In this document: positions 1 through 9,002 of the stretch, one piece after another
Layout of the letters: each line of letters starts with the position of its first letter
Position numbering within the stretch: position 1 is the first letter of the stretch
Assembly (NCBI GenBank): GCA_963674865.2
Contig: CAXXYE010000004.1
Coordinates: 608,001-672,000 of the forward strand
Direction: 5' to 3'
From: Candidatus Hydrogenedentota bacterium
GTDB lineage: Bacteria; Hydrogenedentota; Hydrogenedentia; Hydrogenedentales; SLHB01
Length of the DNA: 64,000 nucleotides
Position numbers and translations under genes: made by a program
The notes under the pieces: model-generated
Databases searched by the model: none
What the model saw: the letters and a program-made list of their open reading frames with translations, nothing else
Told to the model about the DNA's origin: nothing

Positions 1-221
1 CCGCCGAGAGCGAAAGAGGAGTCGTGGTGTTCCACGCCGGTACCAAAGAGAGCGATGGGCGCCTGGCGACGGCAGGGGGCCGTGTGCTGAATGTAACAGC
101 ATGCGACGTAGACATTGCCGCCGCTATCGAGAAGGCCTACCGCGGCGTAGCAAAGATCGCGTTTGAAGGGGCGCATTTCAGAAAGGATATCGGTAAGAAA
201 GCGCTGGATCGCTCGCGCTAG
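1..221 (+). CDS. purD: Phosphoribosylamine-glycine ligase, C-terminal part (runs off window start)
   Basis: VFHAGT...TAGGRVLNV...AY..FEGAHFRKDIG is the GARS C-terminal signature. Confidence 0.93.
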   Translation, partial: AESERGVVVFHAGTKESDGRLATAGGRVLNVTACDVDIAAAIEKAYRGVAKIAFEGAHFRKDIGKKALDRSR

Positions 222-1162
222 GCCGGCGCGGCCTTGTCCTCAGTCGAGAGCCAGCGCGCCACAAGACGCGGTACGGGCCGGCTCTTCGCCTGAAGCAGCC
301 CCCGCATCGCCTCGCCCAGGACGAAGTCACTTCCGTGGAATGCCTTGCCTGAACTCGAGACGACGCCCACGCTCAGATTGGCCTGCGTCGGCAGATTCGG
401 ATCGGCGAACGTGGTGGACTCGACTTCCTTCATGATCTTCGTCGCGTAGCCCACGGCGTCTTCAAGCGGAGCGTGGGGGAGGACCGCGGCGAACACGGTG
501 CCGTCGTAGCGCGCCACCACGTCGAACGTCCGCGAGTAATTCCGCAAGGCCATCCCGATTTCCGCGAGAAGGTCGTCGAGCGAGACGGCGCCCAACTCCG
601 CATCCACGGGAACGACCTCATCAATATCGAACACGACACACGAAACCGGATAGTCATATCGCCCGGATTTGTCGATCTCCTCCTGGAGGCGCTCCAAGAG
701 GTAACGCCTATTTCTCAGTCCCGTCAGGGGATCGGTATAGGCCGTGTCAAATAATCCCCCGTCATCCTGCTGGAGGAGGTCCTTGACCAGCTTGTTCCGG
801 ATGGCCGACTCCACCTGCACAATCACGATGGGCAGATTGAAAGGCTTGGTAATGAAGGTGCCCACCCCGAGCCGTGTCATCGCAGGGAGATCATGAGACG
901 GCGCACCCCGCGTCGAGATGATGCCGGCGGCGATCCGGCCGGTGCCGCGGCCGTCCCGCAGCCGCTGCAACACCTCTTCGGCGCTCATGTCGGCCAACTG
1001 GCCCAACAGGATCAAATCGACATCGTTGGACGTACACGCATCGAGCGCCTCCGCGCCCGTCTGGGCAGGGATCACGTGGTAGTTGTTAAGCTTCAGCCCT
1101 TCAAGAAGCTCGTGCGCCCCCGACACGTCTTCATCAGCCACACAGACATAGAACCGCCGCAA
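218..1162 (-). CDS. Pseudo-receiver + degenerate GGDEF domain protein
   Basis: N-terminal REC-like fold (DLILLG, FITKPF). C-terminal TDPLTGLRNRR...FDID...RTFDVVARYDGTVF. TTG start with GGGAG just upstream. Confidence 0.85.
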   Translation of the reverse strand: MRRFYVCVADEDVSGAHELLEGLKLNNYHVIPAQTGAEALDACTSNDVDLILLGQLADMSAEEVLQRLRDGRGTGRIAAGIISTRGAPSHDLPAMTRLGVGTFITKPFNLPIVIVQVESAIRNKLVKDLLQQDDGGLFDTAYTDPLTGLRNRRYLLERLQEEIDKSGRYDYPVSCVVFDIDEVVPVDAELGAVSLDDLLAEIGMALRNYSRTFDVVARYDGTVFAAVLPHAPLEDAVGYATKIMKEVESTTFADPNLPTQANLSVGVVSSSGKAFHGSDFVLGEAMRGLLQAKSRPVPRLVARWLSTEDKAAPA

Positions 1163-2018
1163 TGCACACTCCCGTACTTCGCGCCTCTACCTCGAAAGTC
1201 CCCTTCTTGCACAAGTTTACCGCATACAGGGCGAATTGGCAAATCTGGCGGGCAATCCAGGCACGAAGGCGGCCAACTGGGGAGCGCCGCTGCGGGCATG
1301 CCGGGAGCCTTCTCGCTTCCGCTCCGTCCGTAGGGTATTTCCGCCCCTCAGGGAGCACTGCGCCTATCAACGCCGTCATCAAGACATGTCAGAATGTCCC
1401 AATGAGTGGCGGGGCGGGGGGGGATTTCTCCCCCCCGCGTTCACTCCCAGTCTTCGACGGCAATGAGTATCGAGCCTGTATGCCCGCCTCTCCGGCTTTG
1501 GAAACATCCGCCCCAGGAACGCTGTCCCCGCCGCTCGGCACGTCCAAAAGATAGCTGAGATCATAAGCATTCCCTCCACGTTGAGAACGATGACGGTTTC
1601 CAACGAGACGGATGCTGTGACCAAAGCTGAGAAGGCACACGCAATCCCGGTACTAATGCCTGAACATGGGCACCTTCAGGAGCATCAGTGGTTGTGATTG
1701 CTCAAGGCAAGTATATCACACGAGACACTCCCCGAACGGCTTTCTGGATACGTCTCTCACGCAGGAGTCGGCAGTGTGCCAACTCCACAAGCAATAGGAG
1801 ATAGAAGTCATGATTCTGCAACGACTCAGCATCTTTGCCTGAAACGAGCCTGACAAGAATCTCGTTTGGACTTCCCTCCTCGCCTGCCAGCGCTGGAGCG
1901 CGAGTTCCTCACGTGCGACGCGTCCAAGTTCTCTGGATGGCACACGGCCGTTTCCGGGAACGGAAGGCTCTCTAATCGGGCACGCGGCGTAAGATGTCCA
2001 AGAACGATTGCAGGGCGC

Positions 2019-2711
2019 TCAGTTCGGAAGACCTCTTGTCCTTTCGGCAAGAACTTGCCAATTGGAGAACAACTGCTCCTCGCCCTTGTTGCTCCAATAT
2101 CCCTCGTCCAAGTGGATGCTGTGAACCAAGAACCCATCGAGCATCTCATCAAGCTCACGTCGGCTGGTGAAGTAGTGGACATCGCCCGGCAACACTGATT
2201 TCGACGCTGCGTAGGTGTGAGGGGCAACACACTTCCCGTGTCCATCTTTCCCATCTCTGCGCGAAGGGCAAGTGAAGAAGAAAAGGCCGCCGGGCCGCAG
2301 GAGGTCGTGAATGTGTCGGATTGCCTTCACGAAATCGCTTCGATGGCCGTGATAGATGACGTTATAGCTGATCACCACGTCGAACGAGGCCCAAGGAAAG
2401 GGCTGCTCCCCTGCGTCGCACACCGCGCTCGCCACACTCAGTCCGAGAAGCTTCGCCCAATCTTGGAGCTGCCGGACTGCCTCGGACGACGCATCTGTGG
2501 CGGTTACATCAAATCCGGCCTGGGCGAAGGCGATTGCGTGACGCCCCGGCCCACAGCCCAGATCGAGCACGCGGGAGTAGGTATGCGGATCCAACGACGC
2601 AATCAGCTCAACAACCTCTGGCGCCGGCTTCCGCCACCACTCGAGATTGTCCGCATCACGCCAGTATGCCTCCCAGCTTTCGCTCGCCACTGTCAGCACC
2701 TCCCGTCCCAT
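2019..2711 (-). CDS. Class I SAM-dependent methyltransferase
   Basis: VLDLGCGPGRH motif I, FDVVIS, LRPGG. Start is uncertain (ORF open to 2789). Confidence 0.88.
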   Translation of the reverse strand: MGREVLTVASESWEAYWRDADNLEWWRKPAPEVVELIASLDPHTYSRVLDLGCGPGRHAIAFAQAGFDVTATDASSEAVRQLQDWAKLLGLSVASAVCDAGEQPFPWASFDVVISYNVIYHGHRSDFVKAIRHIHDLLRPGGLFFFTCPSRRDGKDGHGKCVAPHTYAASKSVLPGDVHYFTSRRELDEMLDGFLVHSIHLDEGYWSNKGEEQLFSNWQVLAERTRGLPN

Positions 2712-2859
2712 CGAAGCGAGTATCGTACCACATGCTGGACGATGTCCCTTGTCTTGCCAGGCTGCTCCCGCATAGAATGCCCCCGCCAACAGCCGCGCCC
2801 GGCATGGGCCGGCGAGCTATGAGGCTCCGCACAAGCAAGGTTAGGAAACCTACCTCGAC

Positions 2860-3291
2860 ATGAACAGCGCCTTTGGGATGAGCCGGAGAAAGAGGCGTCC
2901 GACTATCAACATCACGTCCCTCATTGACGTGATCTTCTTGCTCCTGATCTTTTTCATGGTGTCGTCGACTTTTCGCGAGCATGTGGGCATCGATGTGGCC
3001 CTTCCGGAGGCGGAGACGACGGATGTGCAGGAAATGGCCACCCACGAGATCGTGGTTACGGAGGCGGGGGACTTCTATTTCGGCCAACAGAAGGTGGATG
3101 AGGCCGCCCTCCGAGACGCCATTGCCTCGCTCCTAAAAGCGGAGCCGGAGGCCACGCTCGTCTTGCGGGCCGATGAGAACGCCGACTTCGGTAAGGCCGT
3201 ACGGGCCATTGACATCGCGCGCAGCGTGGGTGGGACGCGGCTGATCATACCGACTCGGGAACTAGGAGAGAACCGGCGCGCCGGCCGATGA
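2860..3291 (+). CDS. exbD: ExbD/TolR family biopolymer transport protein
   Basis: INITSLIDVIFLLLIFFMV TM motif, LPEA, LRAD. Confidence 0.9.
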   Translation: MNSAFGMSRRKRRPTINITSLIDVIFLLLIFFMVSSTFREHVGIDVALPEAETTDVQEMATHEIVVTEAGDFYFGQQKVDEAALRDAIASLLKAEPEATLVLRADENADFGKAVRAIDIARSVGGTRLIIPTRELGENRRAGR

Positions 3292-4002
3292 ATCGTCGCC
3301 GGCTTCGCCAGCCTGCTTCTCCTGAAGACGCGCCAGACGCTGCCTGACGCTTTCCGCGTAAGGGGATTCCGGGAAACGCGCAAGATAGCCGTCGAGTGCC
3401 GCCGCGGCGGCAGCGGGCCGCTGCATTTTCCCCGAATAGACCTCGACAAGCCGGTTCACTATCGGCAGGCACTTCTCGGCGGAATCCATGAGCCGGACGC
3501 CCCGTTCGAACCACTCCGCCGCCTCTGCCGGGCGGTCCAGCCGCATCAACAGGTGGCCGATGCGCACCGGGGCCGTGGGCTTGTTGGGAAAGATCCGCGC
3601 GATAACCATATACTCGCGAACCGCCCCCTCGAAATCGCCCTGGTGTTCGAGCCCCTCCGCCGGGCCGTAGCGCGGCTCCGTCGGATCGTCGCGTTCGGGG
3701 GGAAGCAGGGAATCGACGATAAGCCGCGAGGCCATTGAGGTCACCATGGGGCCGTAGAGCGCCGCCCCCGCCACCACCAGGCCCAACACCGCGAACATCA
3801 ACCGGACTGGGGCGTCTCCCAGCCAGTACCGCGCCGAGGAGATCTCGAAGGCGTAGAAGATTAGTACCAGGATGAGCGTCAGCGCCTCGATACTGAGGGG
3901 CAGCTCGTCATGATACCAATACCGGCGACGAAGGGAGTACACGCCCCATGAGAAGAAGGCGATCAGCAGAAGGATCGACGCAAAGGCGCTCAACAATACC
4001 AT
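3262..4002 (-). CDS. Membrane protein (about 3 TM) with C-terminal TPR-like repeats
   Basis: Three hydrophobic stretches, then TPR-like helices (GDFEGAVREY, AEAAEWFERG, YLARFPESPYAE). Confidence 0.7.
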   Translation of the reverse strand: MVLLSAFASILLLIAFFSWGVYSLRRRYWYHDELPLSIEALTLILVLIFYAFEISSARYWLGDAPVRLMFAVLGLVVAGAALYGPMVTSMASRLIVDSLLPPERDDPTEPRYGPAEGLEHQGDFEGAVREYMVIARIFPNKPTAPVRIGHLLMRLDRPAEAAEWFERGVRLMDSAEKCLPIVNRLVEVYSGKMQRPAAAAAALDGYLARFPESPYAESVRQRLARLQEKQAGEAGDDSSAGAPVLS

Positions 4003-4233
4003 CGCGTTACGGCACTCGTCCCCATTGCGGGCAGGACCGATTCCCACCCATTGCCCACCGGCTCGCCGGAGGCTTGACGCGTGCTTACATTAAACGCTTC
4101 ACCGGCGACTTGTCCAGTTTCATTTCCCTGGGGGCCGTCCTGCCAATTGCGCGGTGCAGTCGAGTCATCCGGCGCTCGCGGCCCTTTTCTACACGTAAAC
4201 CTTCCTACCGCCGCGGAATCACCGTCGTAGGCA

Positions 4234-4262
4234 TTGACCTTGAGGGAGGCGTCTTGTACAAT
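4234..4262 (+). promoter_or_regulatory. sigma70-like promoter of the B12 radical SAM gene
   Basis: TTGACC-17 nt-TACAAT. Confidence 0.55.
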
Positions 4263-4476
4263 GGCCCACGTAAGATGTAATTGACGCTGGGTTTTTCTGG
4301 CGTGTACTTGAGCTGGGAGGCGTTCGGGGTCCTCGTTCAAAGTTCTTCCAGCTCTGCGGCTCGAACCGGGAGAAGACATGTCGCCCTTTCACCTGGCCGA
4401 CACAGGGCAAGGGTGCTTTTCCCGATGAGTCAGTCCACAGAAAGAGCCGCATAACAACCAAGGAACTCTTCTCGCC

Positions 4477-6225
4477 ATGCATGACGCCCATCCCGTGCAC
4501 CCTCTCGGAACCGAGGCCCGCGTACTGCTTTCCAGTGTCTTCGGGCCTTACGCCCAAGACGATGAATACGGCAGCCGCAAGATGAATCCCATGGAGCTGT
4601 ACCATAACCAGGTGACGCGGGTGCAGGGCCCGTTTTCGCTGCGGATGTTCCACCGCTCGTTCGGCCTGATGATGATCAAGGCGAATATGGACGCGCCGTG
4701 CACACTCCTGGATTTCCCCACGCAGGAGCGCTTCATCGAGGAACTCAGCGCGAATACATACGACATCATCGGCATCAGCGCCATCATGCCGAACATGGGC
4801 AAGGCCACGCGCATGTGCGAGTTGATTCGGCAATACCAGCCGCACGCAACCATTGTTATCGGCGGACACATCGCCAACGTCCCCGACCTGGACAAGCGCT
4901 TGGATGCCGACCATATCGTGAAGGGCGACGGTATCCGCTGGTTCCGCACGTTCTTGGGCCAGGATGCCGACGCGCCTGTACGACACCCTGCCGTCTACTC
5001 CGGCTTCGGCACGCGCATTCTCGGCGTTGACGCCCCCGATAAGACGGGCGACACCGCGGCTATCCTTGTGCCGTCGGTAGGATGTCCGATGGGCTGCAAC
5101 TTCTGCTCGACGTCGGCCATGTTCGGCGGAAAGGGCAAGGGGGTGACGTTCTACGACACGGGCGATGCCCTGTTCGCCGTCATGTGCCAGCTCGAAGAAA
5201 AGCTAAAGGTAAAGTCCTTCTTCACGCTGGATGAGAATTTCCTCTTGAACAAAAAGCGGGCGTTGCGCCTGCTCGAATTGATGCAGGAGCACAACAAAAG
5301 CTGGGCCTTGTACGTCTTCAGTTCAGCCCGTGTGCTTCAGTCTTACACGATGGAGCAGCTTGTAGGCCTCGGCGTGTCCTGGGTGTGGATGGGCCTCGAG
5401 GGGCGCGACAGCGCCTACGACAAGCTCGCGGGCGTGGATACGCATCGTCTTGTGAAAGAATACGAGGCCCATGGCATTCGCGTTCTAGGCTCCACCATCA
5501 TCGGCTTGGAGAATCACCGCCCTGAGGATTTCGACGAGATCATCGACTGGGCCGTAAGCCACGACACCGTGTTCCATCAGTTCATGCTGTACACCCCCGT
5601 TCACGGCACGCCCCTCTATGCGCAACACAAGGAAGACGGCACGCTGTTGCCCGAGGAGGAACTCTCGCTGGCGGATTCGCACGGGCAGTTCCGCTTCAAC
5701 TACCGCCATAAGCACATCCCCGCCGGCGCCGAAACGGAGCTCATTCGCCGGGCCTTCGAGCGCGATTTCGAGGTCAACGGCCCCAGCCTGCTTCGCATGT
5801 TCCGTGTTACGCTCTTGGGCCTGCGCCGGTACCGTTCACATCCTGATGCGCGCGTGCGGGAACGCTTCGAACGTGAGGCCCAAAGCCTCGGCGGAACCTT
5901 CGCGGCGGCGGCCTGGGCCATGCGGAAGTGGTATCGCAAAGATTCCCGCATTCGGGACAAGGCCGACGCAGTGCTCCGTGACATCTACGCCCAGTTCGGC
6001 CTGAAACCGCGTATTTCGGCGCCCCTGCTCGGAAGGATCGTCTACATCGCAATAAAGCGCGAAGCCAAGCGCTTGGCCAATGGCTGGACTTACGAGCCAA
6101 CCACCTTCTACGAGAAGAATGCCCGGGCGCTCGAACTCGCGGATGCTGAGGGCGTAACCTCGCCGGCGAATGCTGCCGCGGAAGCCGATTCGGTAACCGG
6201 CGAACTCCTCCCCGTCACGGACTGA
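4477..6225 (+). CDS. Cobalamin-binding radical SAM protein
   Basis: B12-binding N-domain (DIIGIS...IVIGGH...HIVKGDG), GCPMGCNFC (CxxxCxxC), DENF, MGLE, TPVHGTPLY. Confidence 0.88.
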   Translation: MHDAHPVHPLGTEARVLLSSVFGPYAQDDEYGSRKMNPMELYHNQVTRVQGPFSLRMFHRSFGLMMIKANMDAPCTLLDFPTQERFIEELSANTYDIIGISAIMPNMGKATRMCELIRQYQPHATIVIGGHIANVPDLDKRLDADHIVKGDGIRWFRTFLGQDADAPVRHPAVYSGFGTRILGVDAPDKTGDTAAILVPSVGCPMGCNFCSTSAMFGGKGKGVTFYDTGDALFAVMCQLEEKLKVKSFFTLDENFLLNKKRALRLLELMQEHNKSWALYVFSSARVLQSYTMEQLVGLGVSWVWMGLEGRDSAYDKLAGVDTHRLVKEYEAHGIRVLGSTIIGLENHRPEDFDEIIDWAVSHDTVFHQFMLYTPVHGTPLYAQHKEDGTLLPEEELSLADSHGQFRFNYRHKHIPAGAETELIRRAFERDFEVNGPSLLRMFRVTLLGLRRYRSHPDARVRERFEREAQSLGGTFAAAAWAMRKWYRKDSRIRDKADAVLRDIYAQFGLKPRISAPLLGRIVYIAIKREAKRLANGWTYEPTTFYEKNARALELADAEGVTSPANAAAEADSVTGELLPVTD

Positions 6226-6310
6226 GCGGACTGCGGCGCGCCTGTCATGCGCCGTACAACGAGCGTGTTGCCTTGTCCGAACATGTTGTTCCTAGGCGCC
6301 GGAAGCCGCA

Positions 6311-6339
6311 TTGACATTCCCCCTGCGAGGCAGTATTAT
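6311..6339 (+). promoter_or_regulatory. sigma70-like promoter upstream of purC
   Basis: TTGACA-17 nt-TATTAT. Confidence 0.65.
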
Positions 6340-6533
6340 CGCGCACGTTGGGCGTGCGCCAGGAAAGGCGCGCCAAACGCCCGTTCGGACGTGCTCAGCC
6401 TTGACATGAATCACTCAAAACCCCTTCTGTGCGCGTTGAAGAAGACGAAGAATGATGGTATGGCACACGCCGTACGTCTTCGAGCGATTGGCAAATACTT
6501 CTTTTAGCCGGAAACGACAAGTGGGGTATCCAA

Positions 6534-7424
6534 ATGGGCAACACAGCGCTTTGTGAAACCAACCTTCCAGGACGCCAGCCTAAGGCCCGAGGCAAGGTAC
6601 GCGATATCTACGACCTGGGCGATCGCCTGGCCATTGTCGCTACGGATCGGATCTCTGCCTTCGACTGGATCAATCCCGTCGGTATTCCGGACAAGGGGAA
6701 GATACTCACTCAGATGTCCTTGTTCTGGTTCGACCAGATCAAGGAGCTTATCAAGATCCACCTTATTAGCGCCGACTTAGGCGACTTCCCCGAGGACTTC
6801 CGCAACGCCCCGGAGCAGTTCGAGGGGCGCTCCATGCTCGTTCACAAGTGCGACATGTTCCCCGTCGAATTCGTGATTCGAGGCTATCTCGCCGGAAGCG
6901 GCTGGAAAGAATATCGCGAGCACGGTACCGTCTGCGGACACAAACTGCCGGAGGGCCTTGTCGAGGCCAGCAAGCTCGAAGAGCCCATTTTCACGCCGGC
7001 CACAAAGGCGACGGACGGGCACGATATCAACATCAGCCCCGAGAAGGCGGCCGAAATACTCGGCCCGCAAGCGATGGCCGCCGCGGATGCGGCACGGCAA
7101 GTCTACCTTCGCGCGCGCGAGATTGCCGCCGGGAAGGGCATCATCCTCTGCGACACGAAGTTTGAATTCGGGACCTGCGGAGGCGAACTGGTGCTGGCGG
7201 ACGAGATTCTCACGCCGGATTCCTCGCGCTTCTGGCCCGCCGACCTCTACCAACCTGGCAAGAACCAGCCGAGCTACGACAAGCAGTTCGTGCGGGACTG
7301 GCTCGAGACCACAGGCTGGGATAAGAACTCGCCGCCGCCGCCCTTGCCCGAGGATATCGTGGCGAAGACACGTGACAAGTACCTCGAAGCCTACACGAAG
7401 CTAACCGGAAGGACGGACTTGTAG
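6534..7424 (+). CDS. purC: SAICAR synthase
   Basis: GKVRDIY, ATDRISAFD, DTKFEFG, DEILTPDSSRFW, SYDKQFVRDWL. Confidence 0.97.
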   Translation: MGNTALCETNLPGRQPKARGKVRDIYDLGDRLAIVATDRISAFDWINPVGIPDKGKILTQMSLFWFDQIKELIKIHLISADLGDFPEDFRNAPEQFEGRSMLVHKCDMFPVEFVIRGYLAGSGWKEYREHGTVCGHKLPEGLVEASKLEEPIFTPATKATDGHDINISPEKAAEILGPQAMAAADAARQVYLRAREIAAGKGIILCDTKFEFGTCGGELVLADEILTPDSSRFWPADLYQPGKNQPSYDKQFVRDWLETTGWDKNSPPPPLPEDIVAKTRDKYLEAYTKLTGRTDL

Positions 7425-7427
7425 TCT

Positions 7428-8972
7428 ATGACCGCCCAAGCCGACCTCAATGGGGCGCACCACTCGCCAACGGGGGAATGCCCCCGTCCCCCCTGCGCGC
7501 ACTGCCCACATGCGTGCGATGGTGACGACAAACTCCATGATGAATGCGGCGTCTTCGGCATCCTAGGGCATCCCGACGCCGCGACCCTCACGTACCTCGG
7601 GCTGTATTCACTGCAGCACCGCGGCCAGGAGGGGGCCGGCATCGTCTGCTGCGAAGACGGACACCTCAACGTCTGCCGCGGGGTTGGACTTGTTTCCGAT
7701 GTGTTCAAGCCCCACCGCTTGGCCCACCTCAAAGGGACAACGGCCATCGGCCACGTCCGCTACTCAACGTTCGGCACCAGCATGCTCAAGAATGTCCAGC
7801 CGCTTGCGGTGGACTATGCCCGGGGCTCAATGGCCCTCGGCCACAACGGCAACCTCGTCAACGCCGCCCAACTACGCGAGCAACTCGAGGAAGACGGCGC
7901 GATTTTCCAGTCCACCACCGATAGCGAGGTGATCATCCAACTTGTCGCCCGCTCGAAACAAAAACGCTTCGCAGATTGTCTCATCGAGGCGTTGAAGCAG
8001 GTGCAAGGAGCCTACGCACTGCTGGCCACCAACGGCGAAGAAATTGTCGCCGCCCGCGATCCTCGGGGATTTCGGCCGCTATGGATTGGCCAGCTCGGCC
8101 AAGCCCACGTGTTCGCCAGCGAGTCATGCGCCCTGGATATCATCGACGCGACATGGGTGCGGGAGATCGAGCCCGGCGAGGTCGTCGTGGCCTCAAGAGA
8201 CGGCCTTGAGTTCCTCAAGCCTTTCCCACCGGCCGCACCGCAGCGGTGCATTTTCGAGTTTGTCTATCTGGCCCGGCCGGATAGCGTCATCTTCGGGGAT
8301 AGCGTGGACGATGTGCGCAAGCGGCTCGGAAGGAACCTGGCCCGCCTTGGCCCCGTGGACGCGGACCTGGTGATGGCGGTGCCCGATTCATCCAATCCCG
8401 CCGCCCTCGGATACTCCCATGAGTCGCGCATACCCTTTGACATGGGACTCATCCGAAATCACTACGTGGGCCGGACATTCATCGAGCCCGATCAGAAAAT
8501 CCGGGATTTCGGGGTGAAGATCAAGCTTAATCCCGCGCGAAGCGCCATCGAGGGCAAGCGAATTGTCCTAATCGACGACAGCATCGTGCGCGGCACCACG
8601 TCCCAAAAGCTCATCAAGCTCTTGCGCCGTAGCGGAGCGAAGGAGATCCACTTCCGGGTGAGCGCGCCCCCGATTGTCAACTCGTGTTTCTACGGTATCG
8701 ACACGCCGAACCGCGAACGGCTTATCGCCTCGCATATGAGCGTCGAGCAGATTCAGCAGTATCTCGAAGTGGATTCCCTGGTGTATCAGTCCATCGAGGG
8801 CCTGGTAGACGCCACCAACCAGCCTGCGGAGAGCTTCTGCCTGGCCTGCTTCAACAACCGCTATCCGACGCCAACGCCGATGGAATTCGAGACACACAGA
8901 CAAGTTCGCCGCCACCGCGACACCACAAGCGAACTCTACCATCAGAGCCGTTCCTCTATCGGCCCGGAGTGA
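7428..8972 (+). CDS. purF: Amidophosphoribosyltransferase (Fe-S type, with propeptide)
   Basis: ECGVFG, LQHRGQE, GHVRYST, HNGNL, IDDSIVRGTT. Fe-S cysteines in CIFEFVY, CFYG and CLAC. Confidence 0.97.
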   Translation: MTAQADLNGAHHSPTGECPRPPCAHCPHACDGDDKLHDECGVFGILGHPDAATLTYLGLYSLQHRGQEGAGIVCCEDGHLNVCRGVGLVSDVFKPHRLAHLKGTTAIGHVRYSTFGTSMLKNVQPLAVDYARGSMALGHNGNLVNAAQLREQLEEDGAIFQSTTDSEVIIQLVARSKQKRFADCLIEALKQVQGAYALLATNGEEIVAARDPRGFRPLWIGQLGQAHVFASESCALDIIDATWVREIEPGEVVVASRDGLEFLKPFPPAAPQRCIFEFVYLARPDSVIFGDSVDDVRKRLGRNLARLGPVDADLVMAVPDSSNPAALGYSHESRIPFDMGLIRNHYVGRTFIEPDQKIRDFGVKIKLNPARSAIEGKRIVLIDDSIVRGTTSQKLIKLLRRSGAKEIHFRVSAPPIVNSCFYGIDTPNRERLIASHMSVEQIQQYLEVDSLVYQSIEGLVDATNQPAESFCLACFNNRYPTPTPMEFETHRQVRRHRDTTSELYHQSRSSIGPE

Positions 8973-9002
8973 TCGGCAAGCCCCCTGTCTCGCACGTCCC
9001 CG

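Noticed and set aside
4421..4445. Hammerhead-like cCGATGAGTC...GAAA
   Set aside because: The core must be CUGANGA, and stem II does not pair.
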